The notes beneath the pieces were generated by a model. It did not search any database. It saw nothing but the letters and a program-made list of their open reading frames with translations, and was not told where the DNA came from. The translations under genes were made by a program, and so were the position numbers. This document shows positions 1 to 9,099 of a stretch of DNA of 64,000 nucleotides, one piece after another. Source of the stretch: Spirochaetia bacterium (GTDB taxonomy: Bacteria; Spirochaetota; Spirochaetia; DSM-2461); NCBI GenBank assembly GCA_963666985.2, contig CAXXIA010000002.1, positions 2,720,001 through 2,784,000 of the forward strand, given 5' to 3'. Numbering within the stretch: position 1 is the first letter of the stretch; every line of letters starts with the position of its first letter.

Positions 1-492
1 GATGAATTGACCGGTTTGTATAACCGCCGCGGTTTTATGGTCCGCGCCCGGGAGCGTTTGAATGCCGTTCAATCGGCCGGCGGATTGTATGCCGTTGTGT
101 ATTCGGATTTGGACGGATTAAAAATTATTAACGACCGATGGGGACATGATGCCGGAGATGAGGCCTTAAAAAGCGCGGGGGCCGCCTTAAAAAAATCGGT
201 CCGTGATGAGGACGTCGTCGCCAGAATCGGAGGCGACGAATACGCGCTTTTCGTTCATCTCGGCAAAGGACTTGAGGGTGAAACGCTGAAAAAGCGTCTT
301 TGCGATTCCATCGACGAAGCCGACGCTTATGGGAAAGAGCGCGGCAGGCGGTGGAAGCTGTCCATGAGCTTCGGCGTTGTGGAATCCGACGATCCGGAAG
401 AACGTCTTGATGAACTGATGACTCAAGCCGACGCCATACAGTATCGTGAGAAAGAGAGAAAAAGAGCCGAAAGGCGGAGGAGTCCGGAATGA
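1..492 (+). CDS. Diguanylate cyclase, C-terminal GGDEF domain (5' end outside the window)
   Basis: DELTGLYNRRG from base 1, DLDGLKIINDRWGHDAGD, ARIGGDEY, RxxD I-site (RDED) five residues upstream. Confidence 0.9.
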   Translation, partial: DELTGLYNRRGFMVRARERLNAVQSAGGLYAVVYSDLDGLKIINDRWGHDAGDEALKSAGAALKKSVRDEDVVARIGGDEYALFVHLGKGLEGETLKKRLCDSIDEADAYGKERGRRWKLSMSFGVVESDDPEERLDELMTQADAIQYREKERKRAERRRSPE

Positions 493-1166
493 AAGCGCTA
501 CTTGTTGAAGACGACGCCGATATCGCATCGTTCGTTTCCAAGGGATTGAGGGAAGCGGGTTACGGCGTCGATGTCGCTTTGGACGGTGATTTCGGTCTGG
601 AGCGGGCCCTCTCCGGTTTGTACGACATTATCATTCTTGATTTGATGCTGCCCGGAAAGGACGGACTTTCGGTTCTTTCGGAACTCAGGAACGCCGATAT
701 CCAAACCCCGGTGCTGATTTTGAGCGCCAAGAGGAGTGTCGACGACAGGGTGAAGGGATTGAAGGCCGGAGGCGACGATTACCTGGTAAAGCCGTTTGTT
801 TTTGCCGAACTTCTCGTGCGCGTCGAAGCTCTGATTCGCCGAGGCGGGCGGGCAGCCGCCGCGCAGGAGCTTCATGTGGCCGATCTGACTCTGGATCCTC
901 TTACCAGAAGAGTCGCTCGGGGAGGGGATCTCATCGAACTGCAGCCCCGGGAATACGCGCTCTTGGAATTCCTTATCAGAAATACCGGCACGGTTGTAAC
1001 GAAAACTCTCATCCTCGAAAAGGTGTGGGGGTATGATTTCGATCCGCAGACCAACGTTGTGGACGTTCTGGTTTCCAGGCTGCGCAGCCGTATCGACAAA
1101 GATTACCCCCTTAAGCTGATCCGCACCGTCCGCGGCGTGGGATATGTTCTTGAGGATCCCCGGTAG
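489..1166 (+). CDS. OmpR-family response regulator (CusR/CzcR-like)
   Basis: REC domain (LLVEDD, DLMLP, KPF) plus winged helix (VWGYDFDPQTNVVDV, TVRGVGY); ATGA overlap with the upstream gene. Confidence 0.95.
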   Translation: MKALLVEDDADIASFVSKGLREAGYGVDVALDGDFGLERALSGLYDIIILDLMLPGKDGLSVLSELRNADIQTPVLILSAKRSVDDRVKGLKAGGDDYLVKPFVFAELLVRVEALIRRGGRAAAAQELHVADLTLDPLTRRVARGGDLIELQPREYALLEFLIRNTGTVVTKTLILEKVWGYDFDPQTNVVDVLVSRLRSRIDKDYPLKLIRTVRGVGYVLEDPR

Positions 1167-1190
1167 GTTCTTCGGAACCGCCGGAAAGGC

Positions 1191-2591
1191 GTGATTGTGC
1201 GGCTTCGGATTTTCAGGCGGCTGGACGTTCGTCTTGCGCTCATCGTAACACTGGCGGCCGCCGTCGCATCGTTTATCATCTCCGGTTTTCTCATGCTTTC
1301 CATGGCGATCGGTTTTCGGGACCAAGACCGGACGGAATTGGACTCAAGGCTTCTTTCCTACTGGGCCGCGTGGCAGTACGGCGGTAACGACGCGGTGCTC
1401 GAGAGGGCGGCCCAGGATGTGAAAATTCACGGCGGCCGTCCTTTTCTGCTGAAGCTCTACGGCCCGGAAGGGGAGATGCTCGGTACGCTTATCCCCGGCG
1501 GCTGGGAGGTTTTCAATCTTGAAGATCCGGGATTGGCGATGCTGTATCCGGGAACCTATATGACGCTTCGGGACGAAAAAACCCCCTATGCGCTGCTGGT
1601 AACCGGTGTTCGCCTCGACGACGGCTCCCGCCTTCTGGTGGGATTGAGTACCGAGAACCGCCAGTTCCTTCTGCGGGTTTACCGAACGAACTATCCGCTG
1701 GCTCTGGCGGCCATTGTGCTGGCGGGGGTTGTCGTCGGCCTGATCTCTTCCCGGCGGCTTTTGGAACCCATCGAGAAACTGAACGCCGAAATCGACCGGA
1801 TTATCATCACGGCCGATTTAAGCAGACGCCTTGAGGAGCACGGGACCGGGGATCAGCTGGACGGTCTTATCGGACGCTACAACAGACTTCTGGATAGAGT
1901 GGAATCGCTTATCGGCGGTATGCGGGATACGCTCGATGCCGTGGCGCACGATTTGAGAACGCCGCTGACACGCCTGCGGGGGCATGCCGAACTGGCTCTG
2001 AGCCGCGCCGATACCGATGCCTATGAAGACGCCCTGGCTCTTGTGGTTGAACAGACCGATCAGGCGGGCGCTCTTCTGGAAGCTTTGATGGACATCGCCG
2101 AAGCCGAACAGGGAATGCTCTCTCTCAACCGCGAATCATGTGATTTAACCCTCATAGCGTCTCAGGTTTGCGACATGTATGCTTTTATCGCCGAAGAGAA
2201 GAAGCAGGTTCTGACTCTTCATGCGGACGGCCCCGTTCCGCTCGCGGGCGACCCCGTCCGTCTGCGGCGGATTTTTGGGAATCTTTTGGACAATGCCGTG
2301 AAATACGGGCCCGAGGGCGGACATGTCGATGTGTACTGCTCTCTTGCCGATAAGATGGCCGTTCTCGAAGTCGTGGACGACGGGCCCGGAGTGCCGGAGG
2401 CCGAGGCCGCCCGCATTTTCGATCGCTTGTATCGCGGCGACAAAAGCCGGAATTCGCGGGGACTCGGTTTGGGCCTCAGCATGGTAAAGGCCCTGGTGGA
2501 AGCTCACGGCGGCTCAATTTCCGTTGAAAACGATCCGGAGAGGGGCGCCCGGTTCCGGGTGGTGCTGCCGGCGGCCGGGGAGGTGGGCTGA
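1191..2591 (+). CDS. Sensor histidine kinase (TM-HAMP-HisKA-HATPase)
   Basis: AHDLRTPL H-box, NLLDNAVKY, DDGPG, GLGLGL; two hydrophobic segments. Confidence 0.95.
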   Translation: MIVRLRIFRRLDVRLALIVTLAAAVASFIISGFLMLSMAIGFRDQDRTELDSRLLSYWAAWQYGGNDAVLERAAQDVKIHGGRPFLLKLYGPEGEMLGTLIPGGWEVFNLEDPGLAMLYPGTYMTLRDEKTPYALLVTGVRLDDGSRLLVGLSTENRQFLLRVYRTNYPLALAAIVLAGVVVGLISSRRLLEPIEKLNAEIDRIIITADLSRRLEEHGTGDQLDGLIGRYNRLLDRVESLIGGMRDTLDAVAHDLRTPLTRLRGHAELALSRADTDAYEDALALVVEQTDQAGALLEALMDIAEAEQGMLSLNRESCDLTLIASQVCDMYAFIAEEKKQVLTLHADGPVPLAGDPVRLRRIFGNLLDNAVKYGPEGGHVDVYCSLADKMAVLEVVDDGPGVPEAEAARIFDRLYRGDKSRNSRGLGLGLSMVKALVEAHGGSISVENDPERGARFRVVLPAAGEVG

Positions 2592-2768
2592 TGAAGGCGG
2601 CGGTCGAGATTCTTTTTTACAGCGGTCGTCGCCGAAGCAAAAACAGCGACTCTTTCAAAACCGTAAGATACCGGCAATGTTATTGAAAGGTTGCCGAAGT
2701 ATTATGCACATCAGATGATGGATCGGGGAGGTGCTCCCCGGTAATCCATTTTTGAGGAGTTGCATCAA

Positions 2769-4184
2769 ATGATACAGTCGAACAGCATCCGCGCAGCGCG
2801 GAAAATCGCGGTTTCGGTTCTGTTCATCGCCGCGGCGTACCTCGTCGCGATACAGCCGGTTTCGGCTCAAACAGGTAATACGGCACGAGATCTCCAAAAT
2901 ACCTTCCGCGCCGTCTCGGCGGAAGTTCTGCCTGTCGTGGTACAGGTGAATACGGTCGATATTGTGGAACGCAGAACGGTAAATCCGTTCGAGTTCTTTT
3001 TCCGTTTTCCCAATTCACCCGAGGATAACGAACCTTTCGATATGCAGCCTTTCAGGCAGAAGGGAATCGGATCCGGTGTTATCGTGGAACGCCGCGGAAA
3101 CGAGGTCTATGTTCTGACGAACAACCATGTGATTGAAGGGGCGGACGAGATTGAAGTGAATCTGAACGACGGCCGGAAATTTACGGGAACGATCGTCGGC
3201 GGAGACCCTTTGCGGGATTTGGCCCTGGTTTCTTTCGAAACACGTGAAGAGATTCCCGTGGCCGAACTCGGCGATTCGGACGATGTCTGGGTGGGCGACT
3301 GGGTTCTGGCCGTCGGAAATCCTTTGGGGTTTGAATCCACGGTGACCGCGGGCATTATCAGCGCCAAAGGGCGTTCCGCTCAGGGACAGAATTTCACCGA
3401 CTATCTGCAGACCGACGCGTCGATAAACCACGGGAATTCCGGCGGAGCTTTGGTGAATCTTGACGGCGAGGTTATCGGGATCAACACATTCATCGCCTCC
3501 AGCAACGGCGGCAGTATCGGTCTCGGATTCGCCATTCCCATTAATAATGCGCGCAGGGCCATCGATGAGTTCATCAACAAGGGCAGTGTCGATTACGCCT
3601 GGCTCGGTGTGAACATGGGCAACATTACCGATACTCTTTCCAGCGAACTCAATCTGGATGATAAAAGCGGAGCGTTTATCTACAACGTGTACGGAGATTC
3701 TCCCGCCATGCAGGGCGGCATCCGGCCCGGTGATTTGATTACGCGCCTTGACGGGCGGAATATCGGGAATTCCGACGACCTTTCACGAACGGTCGCTTCT
3801 TTGGAGCCCGGTGAAACCGTTCCGGTTGTTCTCATTCGTGACGGGGAATCCGTCAGAATGAACATCACCCTTTCGGTGCGGACCATCGAACGGGACGGGC
3901 TGAAGGTTAATGTCTGGCCCGGTTTCTCGGCCGTACCGGTTACATCGGAATTGAGGGATCAGATGAAGATTCCCCGGAATGCCGGAAATGTCCTTATCGG
4001 CGGAGTCGTCGAGGACAGTCCCGCTTCGGCGCTCGGATTGCGGAGCGGTGATGTTATCCGCTCCATCAACAGGAGCAATGTGCGCAATCTTAAGCATTTC
4101 TATGAGATGGTGAATTCCGAGGACCGGATGGAGCTCAAGATTATCCGTCAGGGACATGAATTGGAATTTGTCCTGAATAAATAG
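2769..4184 (+). CDS. htrA: HtrA/DegP (Do-family) serine protease with two PDZ domains
   Basis: Signal peptide, GSGVIV, TNNHV, DLAL, INHGNSGG, two PDZ-like C-terminal segments; GAGGAG RBS before ATG 2769. Confidence 0.93.
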   Translation: MIQSNSIRAARKIAVSVLFIAAAYLVAIQPVSAQTGNTARDLQNTFRAVSAEVLPVVVQVNTVDIVERRTVNPFEFFFRFPNSPEDNEPFDMQPFRQKGIGSGVIVERRGNEVYVLTNNHVIEGADEIEVNLNDGRKFTGTIVGGDPLRDLALVSFETREEIPVAELGDSDDVWVGDWVLAVGNPLGFESTVTAGIISAKGRSAQGQNFTDYLQTDASINHGNSGGALVNLDGEVIGINTFIASSNGGSIGLGFAIPINNARRAIDEFINKGSVDYAWLGVNMGNITDTLSSELNLDDKSGAFIYNVYGDSPAMQGGIRPGDLITRLDGRNIGNSDDLSRTVASLEPGETVPVVLIRDGESVRMNITLSVRTIERDGLKVNVWPGFSAVPVTSELRDQMKIPRNAGNVLIGGVVEDSPASALGLRSGDVIRSINRSNVRNLKHFYEMVNSEDRMELKIIRQGHELEFVLNK

Positions 4185-4252
4185 TCATTTATTCGATATT
4201 TGCCGCAAAGCGGATATCGGAGTGTGTTGTTTTACAGTTTCTTCCTTGTGTT

Positions 4253-4289
4253 TCGGGGCGGGTACGTTGTGCTCGCCCCGACCTTTTTT
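4253..4289 (+). terminator. Intrinsic terminator after htrA
   Basis: TCGGGGCGGGTAC-GTT-GTGCTCGCCCCGA stem followed by CCTTTTTT. Confidence 0.7.
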
Positions 4290-4301
4290 CATAATGGTTA
4301 T

Positions 4302-5537
4302 GTGTCAAAGCCCGTGCGCGTGAAACTCTCCACAGTCGAAATTCTTTTTTCCCTCATTCTGGGAGGCGCTCCCGTTTTTGTTCTGTTTCTTGTTTTTCGC
4401 TTTCTGACTCTGTCGCAATGCGGTGTTCTTCTGTTGGGAAATCAGGATTTCAGAATTCTCGTTATTACCGTTACCGCGACAATCGGCATTCTGGTGTCTC
4501 TGCTTATCATCGGAATCAGGCGATTGATTCTTTTGCCGATTAAGAAACTCACCGCGGGAGAAACGAAATTTTCCTCCGGCGATCCTCCCCTGGTGCGGGA
4601 GAGCTATTGTGTCTCCGAAATTCACGAACTGGCCCATTCCATCAACGACATGATTGAAGAGGTGATGAGCCGGGAGGAAATCCTTCGGGATTTGAACGAA
4701 TCTCTGGAAGAAAAAATCCTTGAGCGGACCCGGGCTCATGAAGAAACAATCGAAACACTCAGGTCCACCAGGGACCGTCTTTTGGTCTCGGAAAAAATGT
4801 CCGCTTTGGGCGCCCTTGTTTCCGGGGTGGCCATCGAGATTATAACTCCTTTGAGCATCGGCATTACCGCGGCGTCTTTCCTTAATGAAAGAACCAGGAT
4901 GCTTAAGAAGCGTTTTGACGATCAGTCCCTTACCCAGGAAGATTTGGAGCGTTTTTTTACGGATTCCGAGGAATCTTCCGGTATTATTCAGAATAATCTG
5001 GACCGGACGATGAGGATTATCACCAGCTTGAAGCAGGTGGCTTCGGACCAGCAGTCGGATCAGCGCAGAAAGTTTGAACTCGGATCATATCTGAACGATG
5101 TCGAGATGAGTATGAAACATTTGCTCAAACCCGGAAAACACGAACTTATCGTGGAACCGGATGGGCTGATTTTGATGAATACATATCCGGGAACCGTTTC
5201 CAGAATTGTAAACGATCTGGTTCAGAATTCGATTACACACGGATTTCACAATATCGAAGGCGGTAAAATCCGCATCGGATGCCGGGAAGAGGGAGAGGAT
5301 GCGATTATTGAGTACAGGGACAACGGCCGCGGTCTGACCGAAGAGGAGTATCGAAGACTCAGCGGAATGGAACCGGCCGGAGTCGATATCGGCGTTACCG
5401 GCTGCGGGCTGGGAATGAGTATCGTTCGGAAACTCGTTAAACGGCTTGGAGGAAGCTTCGCTATTGATCCTTCGGCCGATAAGGGTGTTCATTACATCCT
5501 GAAAGTACCTAAAAAGCCGGGAGAGGAAGAAACATGA
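4302..5537 (+). CDS. Membrane histidine-kinase-like protein lacking the phospho-acceptor His (start uncertain)
   Basis: Two TM segments, HAMP-like region, EKMSALGALVSGVAIEIITPL where AHEINTP is expected, DLVQNSITHG, DNGRG, GLGMSIV. Confidence 0.8.
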   Translation: MSKPVRVKLSTVEILFSLILGGAPVFVLFLVFRFLTLSQCGVLLLGNQDFRILVITVTATIGILVSLLIIGIRRLILLPIKKLTAGETKFSSGDPPLVRESYCVSEIHELAHSINDMIEEVMSREEILRDLNESLEEKILERTRAHEETIETLRSTRDRLLVSEKMSALGALVSGVAIEIITPLSIGITAASFLNERTRMLKKRFDDQSLTQEDLERFFTDSEESSGIIQNNLDRTMRIITSLKQVASDQQSDQRRKFELGSYLNDVEMSMKHLLKPGKHELIVEPDGLILMNTYPGTVSRIVNDLVQNSITHGFHNIEGGKIRIGCREEGEDAIIEYRDNGRGLTEEEYRRLSGMEPAGVDIGVTGCGLGMSIVRKLVKRLGGSFAIDPSADKGVHYILKVPKKPGEEET

Positions 5538-6601
5538 GCTCAAACAGGAAAAAAATCGGGATTCTTACCGCCGGAGGCGACTGTCCGGGATTGAACGCGG
5601 CCATTCGGGGCGTCGGCAAAACCATGCTGCTCAAGTACGGCTATGAGGTGATCGGATTCTCTTCGGGCTATCTGGGACTGATCCATAATGAGTATCAGAT
5701 TCTGGACGAACTGGCCCTCTCCGGCATTCTCACCGTAGGAGGAACCATTCTTCGCAGTTCCCGGGAGAAACCGTTCAAGCATTCCGAATACGACGACTAT
5801 ATTACGAGCAAGCCGGACCGCATCGTCGAGAACTACAAAGCCCTCGGACTTGACTGCCTGGTCTGCATCGGCGGGAACGGAACCCAGAAAACCGCGTGGA
5901 AGCTTTCGCAGCTCGGTCTGAACATTGTGGGGATTCCGAAAACCATCGACAATGATGTCTGGGGCACCGATTTAACCTTCGGTTTCGATTCCGCCGTGGC
6001 CATCGCCGCCGAGGCCATCGACCGCCTTCATACAACGGCCAACTCCCATAAACGCATCATGGTCGTGGAAGTGATGGGCCATAACGCGGGCTGGCTCACG
6101 CTTCATTCGGGCGTGGCCGCGGGAGGCGATGTCATCCTGATTCCGGAAATTCCCTACAAACTCGACGTTATCGGCGATTACGTGAAACATCGGTCCGATA
6201 TGGGCAAGCCGTATTCCATCGTGGTGGTTGCCGAAGGCATCTATCTGCCGTACAAGAAAGACGGCAACATCCGGGATGTCCCGGCGGGCGCGTTTATCGC
6301 GAACCAGATCGAAAAGATCACCGGATTGGAAACACGCGAAACCATTCTCGGCTATATTCAGCGGGGCGGCAGTCCGACGGCCCGCGACCGCGTCGTGGCC
6401 ACCGAGCTCGGAGCCTATGCGGCCGAAATGATCGCCCGCGGTGAGTTCGGTCATATGGCCGCGTACAAGGGATATGATTTAATCAGCGTACCGCTGGAAA
6501 CGGTGGCCGGTCAGGTAAAAACCGTTCCGACCGATTATCCGCTTATCAATCATGCCCGGTCTTTGGATACCTGTTTCGGAGATGTGCTTTCATTCGCATG
6601 A
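5534..6601 (+). CDS. pfkA: 6-phosphofructokinase (PfkA family)
   Basis: TAGGDCPGLNA, IGGNGT, PKTIDND, EVMGHNAGW, LGYIQRGG. Confidence 0.95.
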   Translation: MSSNRKKIGILTAGGDCPGLNAAIRGVGKTMLLKYGYEVIGFSSGYLGLIHNEYQILDELALSGILTVGGTILRSSREKPFKHSEYDDYITSKPDRIVENYKALGLDCLVCIGGNGTQKTAWKLSQLGLNIVGIPKTIDNDVWGTDLTFGFDSAVAIAAEAIDRLHTTANSHKRIMVVEVMGHNAGWLTLHSGVAAGGDVILIPEIPYKLDVIGDYVKHRSDMGKPYSIVVVAEGIYLPYKKDGNIRDVPAGAFIANQIEKITGLETRETILGYIQRGGSPTARDRVVATELGAYAAEMIARGEFGHMAAYKGYDLISVPLETVAGQVKTVPTDYPLINHARSLDTCFGDVLSFA

Positions 6602-6624
6602 CTCGCCGGCTCTTGCCGGGTTTC

Positions 6625-7515
6625 TTACGACGGCGAACCGCTTTTAAGTTTTTCGGCCAGTTCCTGCCGATAGAGCGCCGCCAAATCCGGCACGGTGTGT
6701 AAAGCTTCATTCCCGCAAGAGTGGAGACGGTACACTCCTCGGCGGACACGTTCAAACCAGCCGTAAAGGTTTTTATTCAGGATGACCCCGGCATCCGCCG
6801 GGGCCCCGAAGCTTACCAGAGCCGCCGGGGAGGCTTCGCCGAGTTCCTTCAGCCATGCCGCCAGCCGAAGGGCCCTCTGCCGGTAGGCTGTTATCCGCAG
6901 GCCGCCGCCGGGAAGTCCTCCGAGGGTTAAATCCATGTCCCGTCCGGCGATTTCCCGAAGCAGAACGGCTTTCTTTTTCGGACGGCGGCGCGGAGGGAGA
7001 GCGGCGGGAGAAACACCCTCTTCCTCTGTGACCATGTTCGTACCGCCTGAGTGTGTGTCCGCGCCGGTGCTCTTTCGGCCGCCGGAATCGGCGGTTCGGG
7101 CGGCGGTGCTCTTTAGGCGGGTTTCCGCTTGTTCTCCCGCGGCGCTTCTCGGGTGCATCAGGATTTCAACCTTGGTTTTTGTTTTCAGGAAGGTAACCAG
7201 AATGAGTCCGATTCCGAGCCGTCCGAGAAGCCGCCGGAAATCCCGGGAAGCCGAAGGCCCGCGCCGATCACCGGCGGCCGGCAGCGCCACATACACCGCG
7301 TCCGCGTATTCCTGCCGTTCGGCGGCCTGAGCCAGCAGGGCCAGCGACGGGCGGGTTTTAAGCTCCACGGCAATCAATTCATCGTTTTTAGAAGCCGCCA
7401 GGTCGCAGCGGCCCACCTCTCCGCGAACGGTGTATCCCTGCTTTTCAAGCCAGGATTTCAAGGGACGGTAAAGGTCGGTTTCCTTCAGGGAGCGGACGGC
7501 GTTCATAGGGCTCAT
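6625..7515 (-). CDS. DUF2161-like putative PD-(D/E)XK protein
   Basis: KETDLYRPLK...GEV..CD...ELK...QA, TAYRQRAL, NLYGWFERVRRGVYRL; contains a low-complexity insert. Confidence 0.75.
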   Translation of the reverse strand: MSPMNAVRSLKETDLYRPLKSWLEKQGYTVRGEVGRCDLAASKNDELIAVELKTRPSLALLAQAAERQEYADAVYVALPAAGDRRGPSASRDFRRLLGRLGIGLILVTFLKTKTKVEILMHPRSAAGEQAETRLKSTAARTADSGGRKSTGADTHSGGTNMVTEEEGVSPAALPPRRRPKKKAVLLREIAGRDMDLTLGGLPGGGLRITAYRQRALRLAAWLKELGEASPAALVSFGAPADAGVILNKNLYGWFERVRRGVYRLHSCGNEALHTVPDLAALYRQELAEKLKSGSPS

Positions 7516-7687
7516 TATAGATGCCGCGGAACAAACGGCGCATCCGTCTGAGAAGAATCTGTTTCGCGCCGCTTTTCAGGCGGCCGCGGGTTTTGGACGG
7601 TGCCGCTTCATATCGAAAGCGGCGAAGCGGATTCTCATTTGACCGCTCCGTACCGGTTTGAGTATGTTTACCGCCGGTGGAGGCGCT

Positions 7688-8404
7688 ATGAATAAAAGTT
7701 TGGCGACGAACCTGATCGCCCTTGTCCTCATCGTCGCGGGATATTTTTCACCGTGGTATTCCCGCCAGATTATGTCGGCCGGTATTTTCGCTTTTTCCGG
7801 AGCGCTGACCAACTGGCTGGCGGTGCACATGCTGTTCGAAAAAGTTCCGGGCATCTACGGCTCGGGTGTGATTCCCATGTATTTCGAGGATCTGAAGAGG
7901 GGCATTAAAGAACTGATAATGGAACAGTTCTTTCGCGAGGAGAACATCGCCCGGTTCCTGGACCAGAACGTCGACGCCCTTACCGAAGGATCCCGCATTA
8001 CCGGACTTCTGGACATGGTGGACTATAACCGTGCTTATGATTCACTGAAAGAGATGGTTTTCTCATCCGGTTTCGGCGGCATGATTCGCATGTTCGGCGG
8101 CGGCGACGCTCTGGAAAAATACCGGCCGACATTTAAAGAAACCGTTCAGCAGGTGGTGGCCGAACAAATTGCGCGGCCCGAATTTCAGAACGGCCTGAGG
8201 GAGAAGCTCAACGACTCGTCGGTGCGTTCGGAAGTGATTTTAAGGCTTGAAGGACTCATTGAAGACCGCCTTCGGGAACTGACTCCCGAGATGGTGAAAG
8301 ATATGATGCAGAAGATGATTCGCCGGCATCTCGGATGGCTTGTGGTTTGGGGCGGCGTTTTCGGCGGTCTTATCGGAGTGGGAATGAGTTTCGTATCGAT
8401 TTAA
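7688..8404 (+). CDS. DUF445-family membrane protein
   Basis: FSGALTNWLAVHMLFEKVPG.YGSGVIP and C-terminal HLGWLVVWGGVFGGLIG. Confidence 0.85.
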   Translation: MNKSLATNLIALVLIVAGYFSPWYSRQIMSAGIFAFSGALTNWLAVHMLFEKVPGIYGSGVIPMYFEDLKRGIKELIMEQFFREENIARFLDQNVDALTEGSRITGLLDMVDYNRAYDSLKEMVFSSGFGGMIRMFGGGDALEKYRPTFKETVQQVVAEQIARPEFQNGLREKLNDSSVRSEVILRLEGLIEDRLRELTPEMVKDMMQKMIRRHLGWLVVWGGVFGGLIGVGMSFVSI

Positions 8405-8463
8405 CAGGGCGGTATTTGCTGAAAATACTTCGGATTTGTTTTTCGTTCTGATATAGTTCATTT

Positions 8464-8975
8464 ATGAAAAAATACCTGCTTTTATCAGCTGCTTTAGTCC
8501 TTGGTTTGTTTCTGGCCTCCTGCAGTCAGCCTTCTTTGGCTACCGATCCCAGCGAGACAGAAACATCCTTATTCCAATATGCGGTCGTACGGATTTCCAA
8601 CGATGGCATTATTGCTAATGTTGTAAAGGGTTCCGACCCGACAACTTATGTAATTTCCTATTCGATGGCGGCATCGCAATATCGGGAACCGAACAAACCG
8701 GTCTGCCTTCCAGCACGTATACCTTTACGGTGACTTATACAGACTATGTCGTTAATGAGGATGTCACCAATTCCATATCTCTCAACGGTTCCTATTCCGC
8801 TGTTTATTGCGGTGATTCTTTAACGATGGACGGGACGCTGACTCTTTCGGGTGGAATGGCCGATACGGTGGAGTTCGATATCGAGGTGGACATGTCCTCT
8901 TCTCCATATTCTTTCTCCGGAGTGGTTACCATCGGCGGGAAGGCTTTCGACGCCTCGGCGTTTCTAATTAAATAG
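8464..8975 (+). CDS. Small lipoprotein split by a 1-nt deletion near 8662 (~170 aa if joined)
   Basis: MKK-hydrophobic-LASC lipobox; adding one base gives YSDGGIAISGTEQTG, which runs into ORF 8730-8975. Confidence 0.65.
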
Positions 8976-9045
8976 CCGGTTCTATTTTGTCGTCCCGGCG
9001 GTTTTTCGTTCCGGGGCGTTTCTGATAACGAGAATCTCACTCAAG

Positions 9046-9072
9046 AAAAACCCCGGCCTTTCGGGCCGGGGT
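9046..9072 (-). terminator. Intrinsic terminator of the hydrogenase operon
   Basis: Minus strand ACCCCGGCC-CGAAA-GGCCGGGGT followed by a T run, just after the hydA stop. Confidence 0.8.
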
Positions 9073-9099
9073 CGATAAAAAGCCTTCAAGTCTTCCCCG

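Noticed and set aside
4200..4301. N-terminal extension of the kinase-like ORF from TTG 4200
   Set aside because: It overlaps the htrA terminator hairpin and has no RBS; a later start is more likely.
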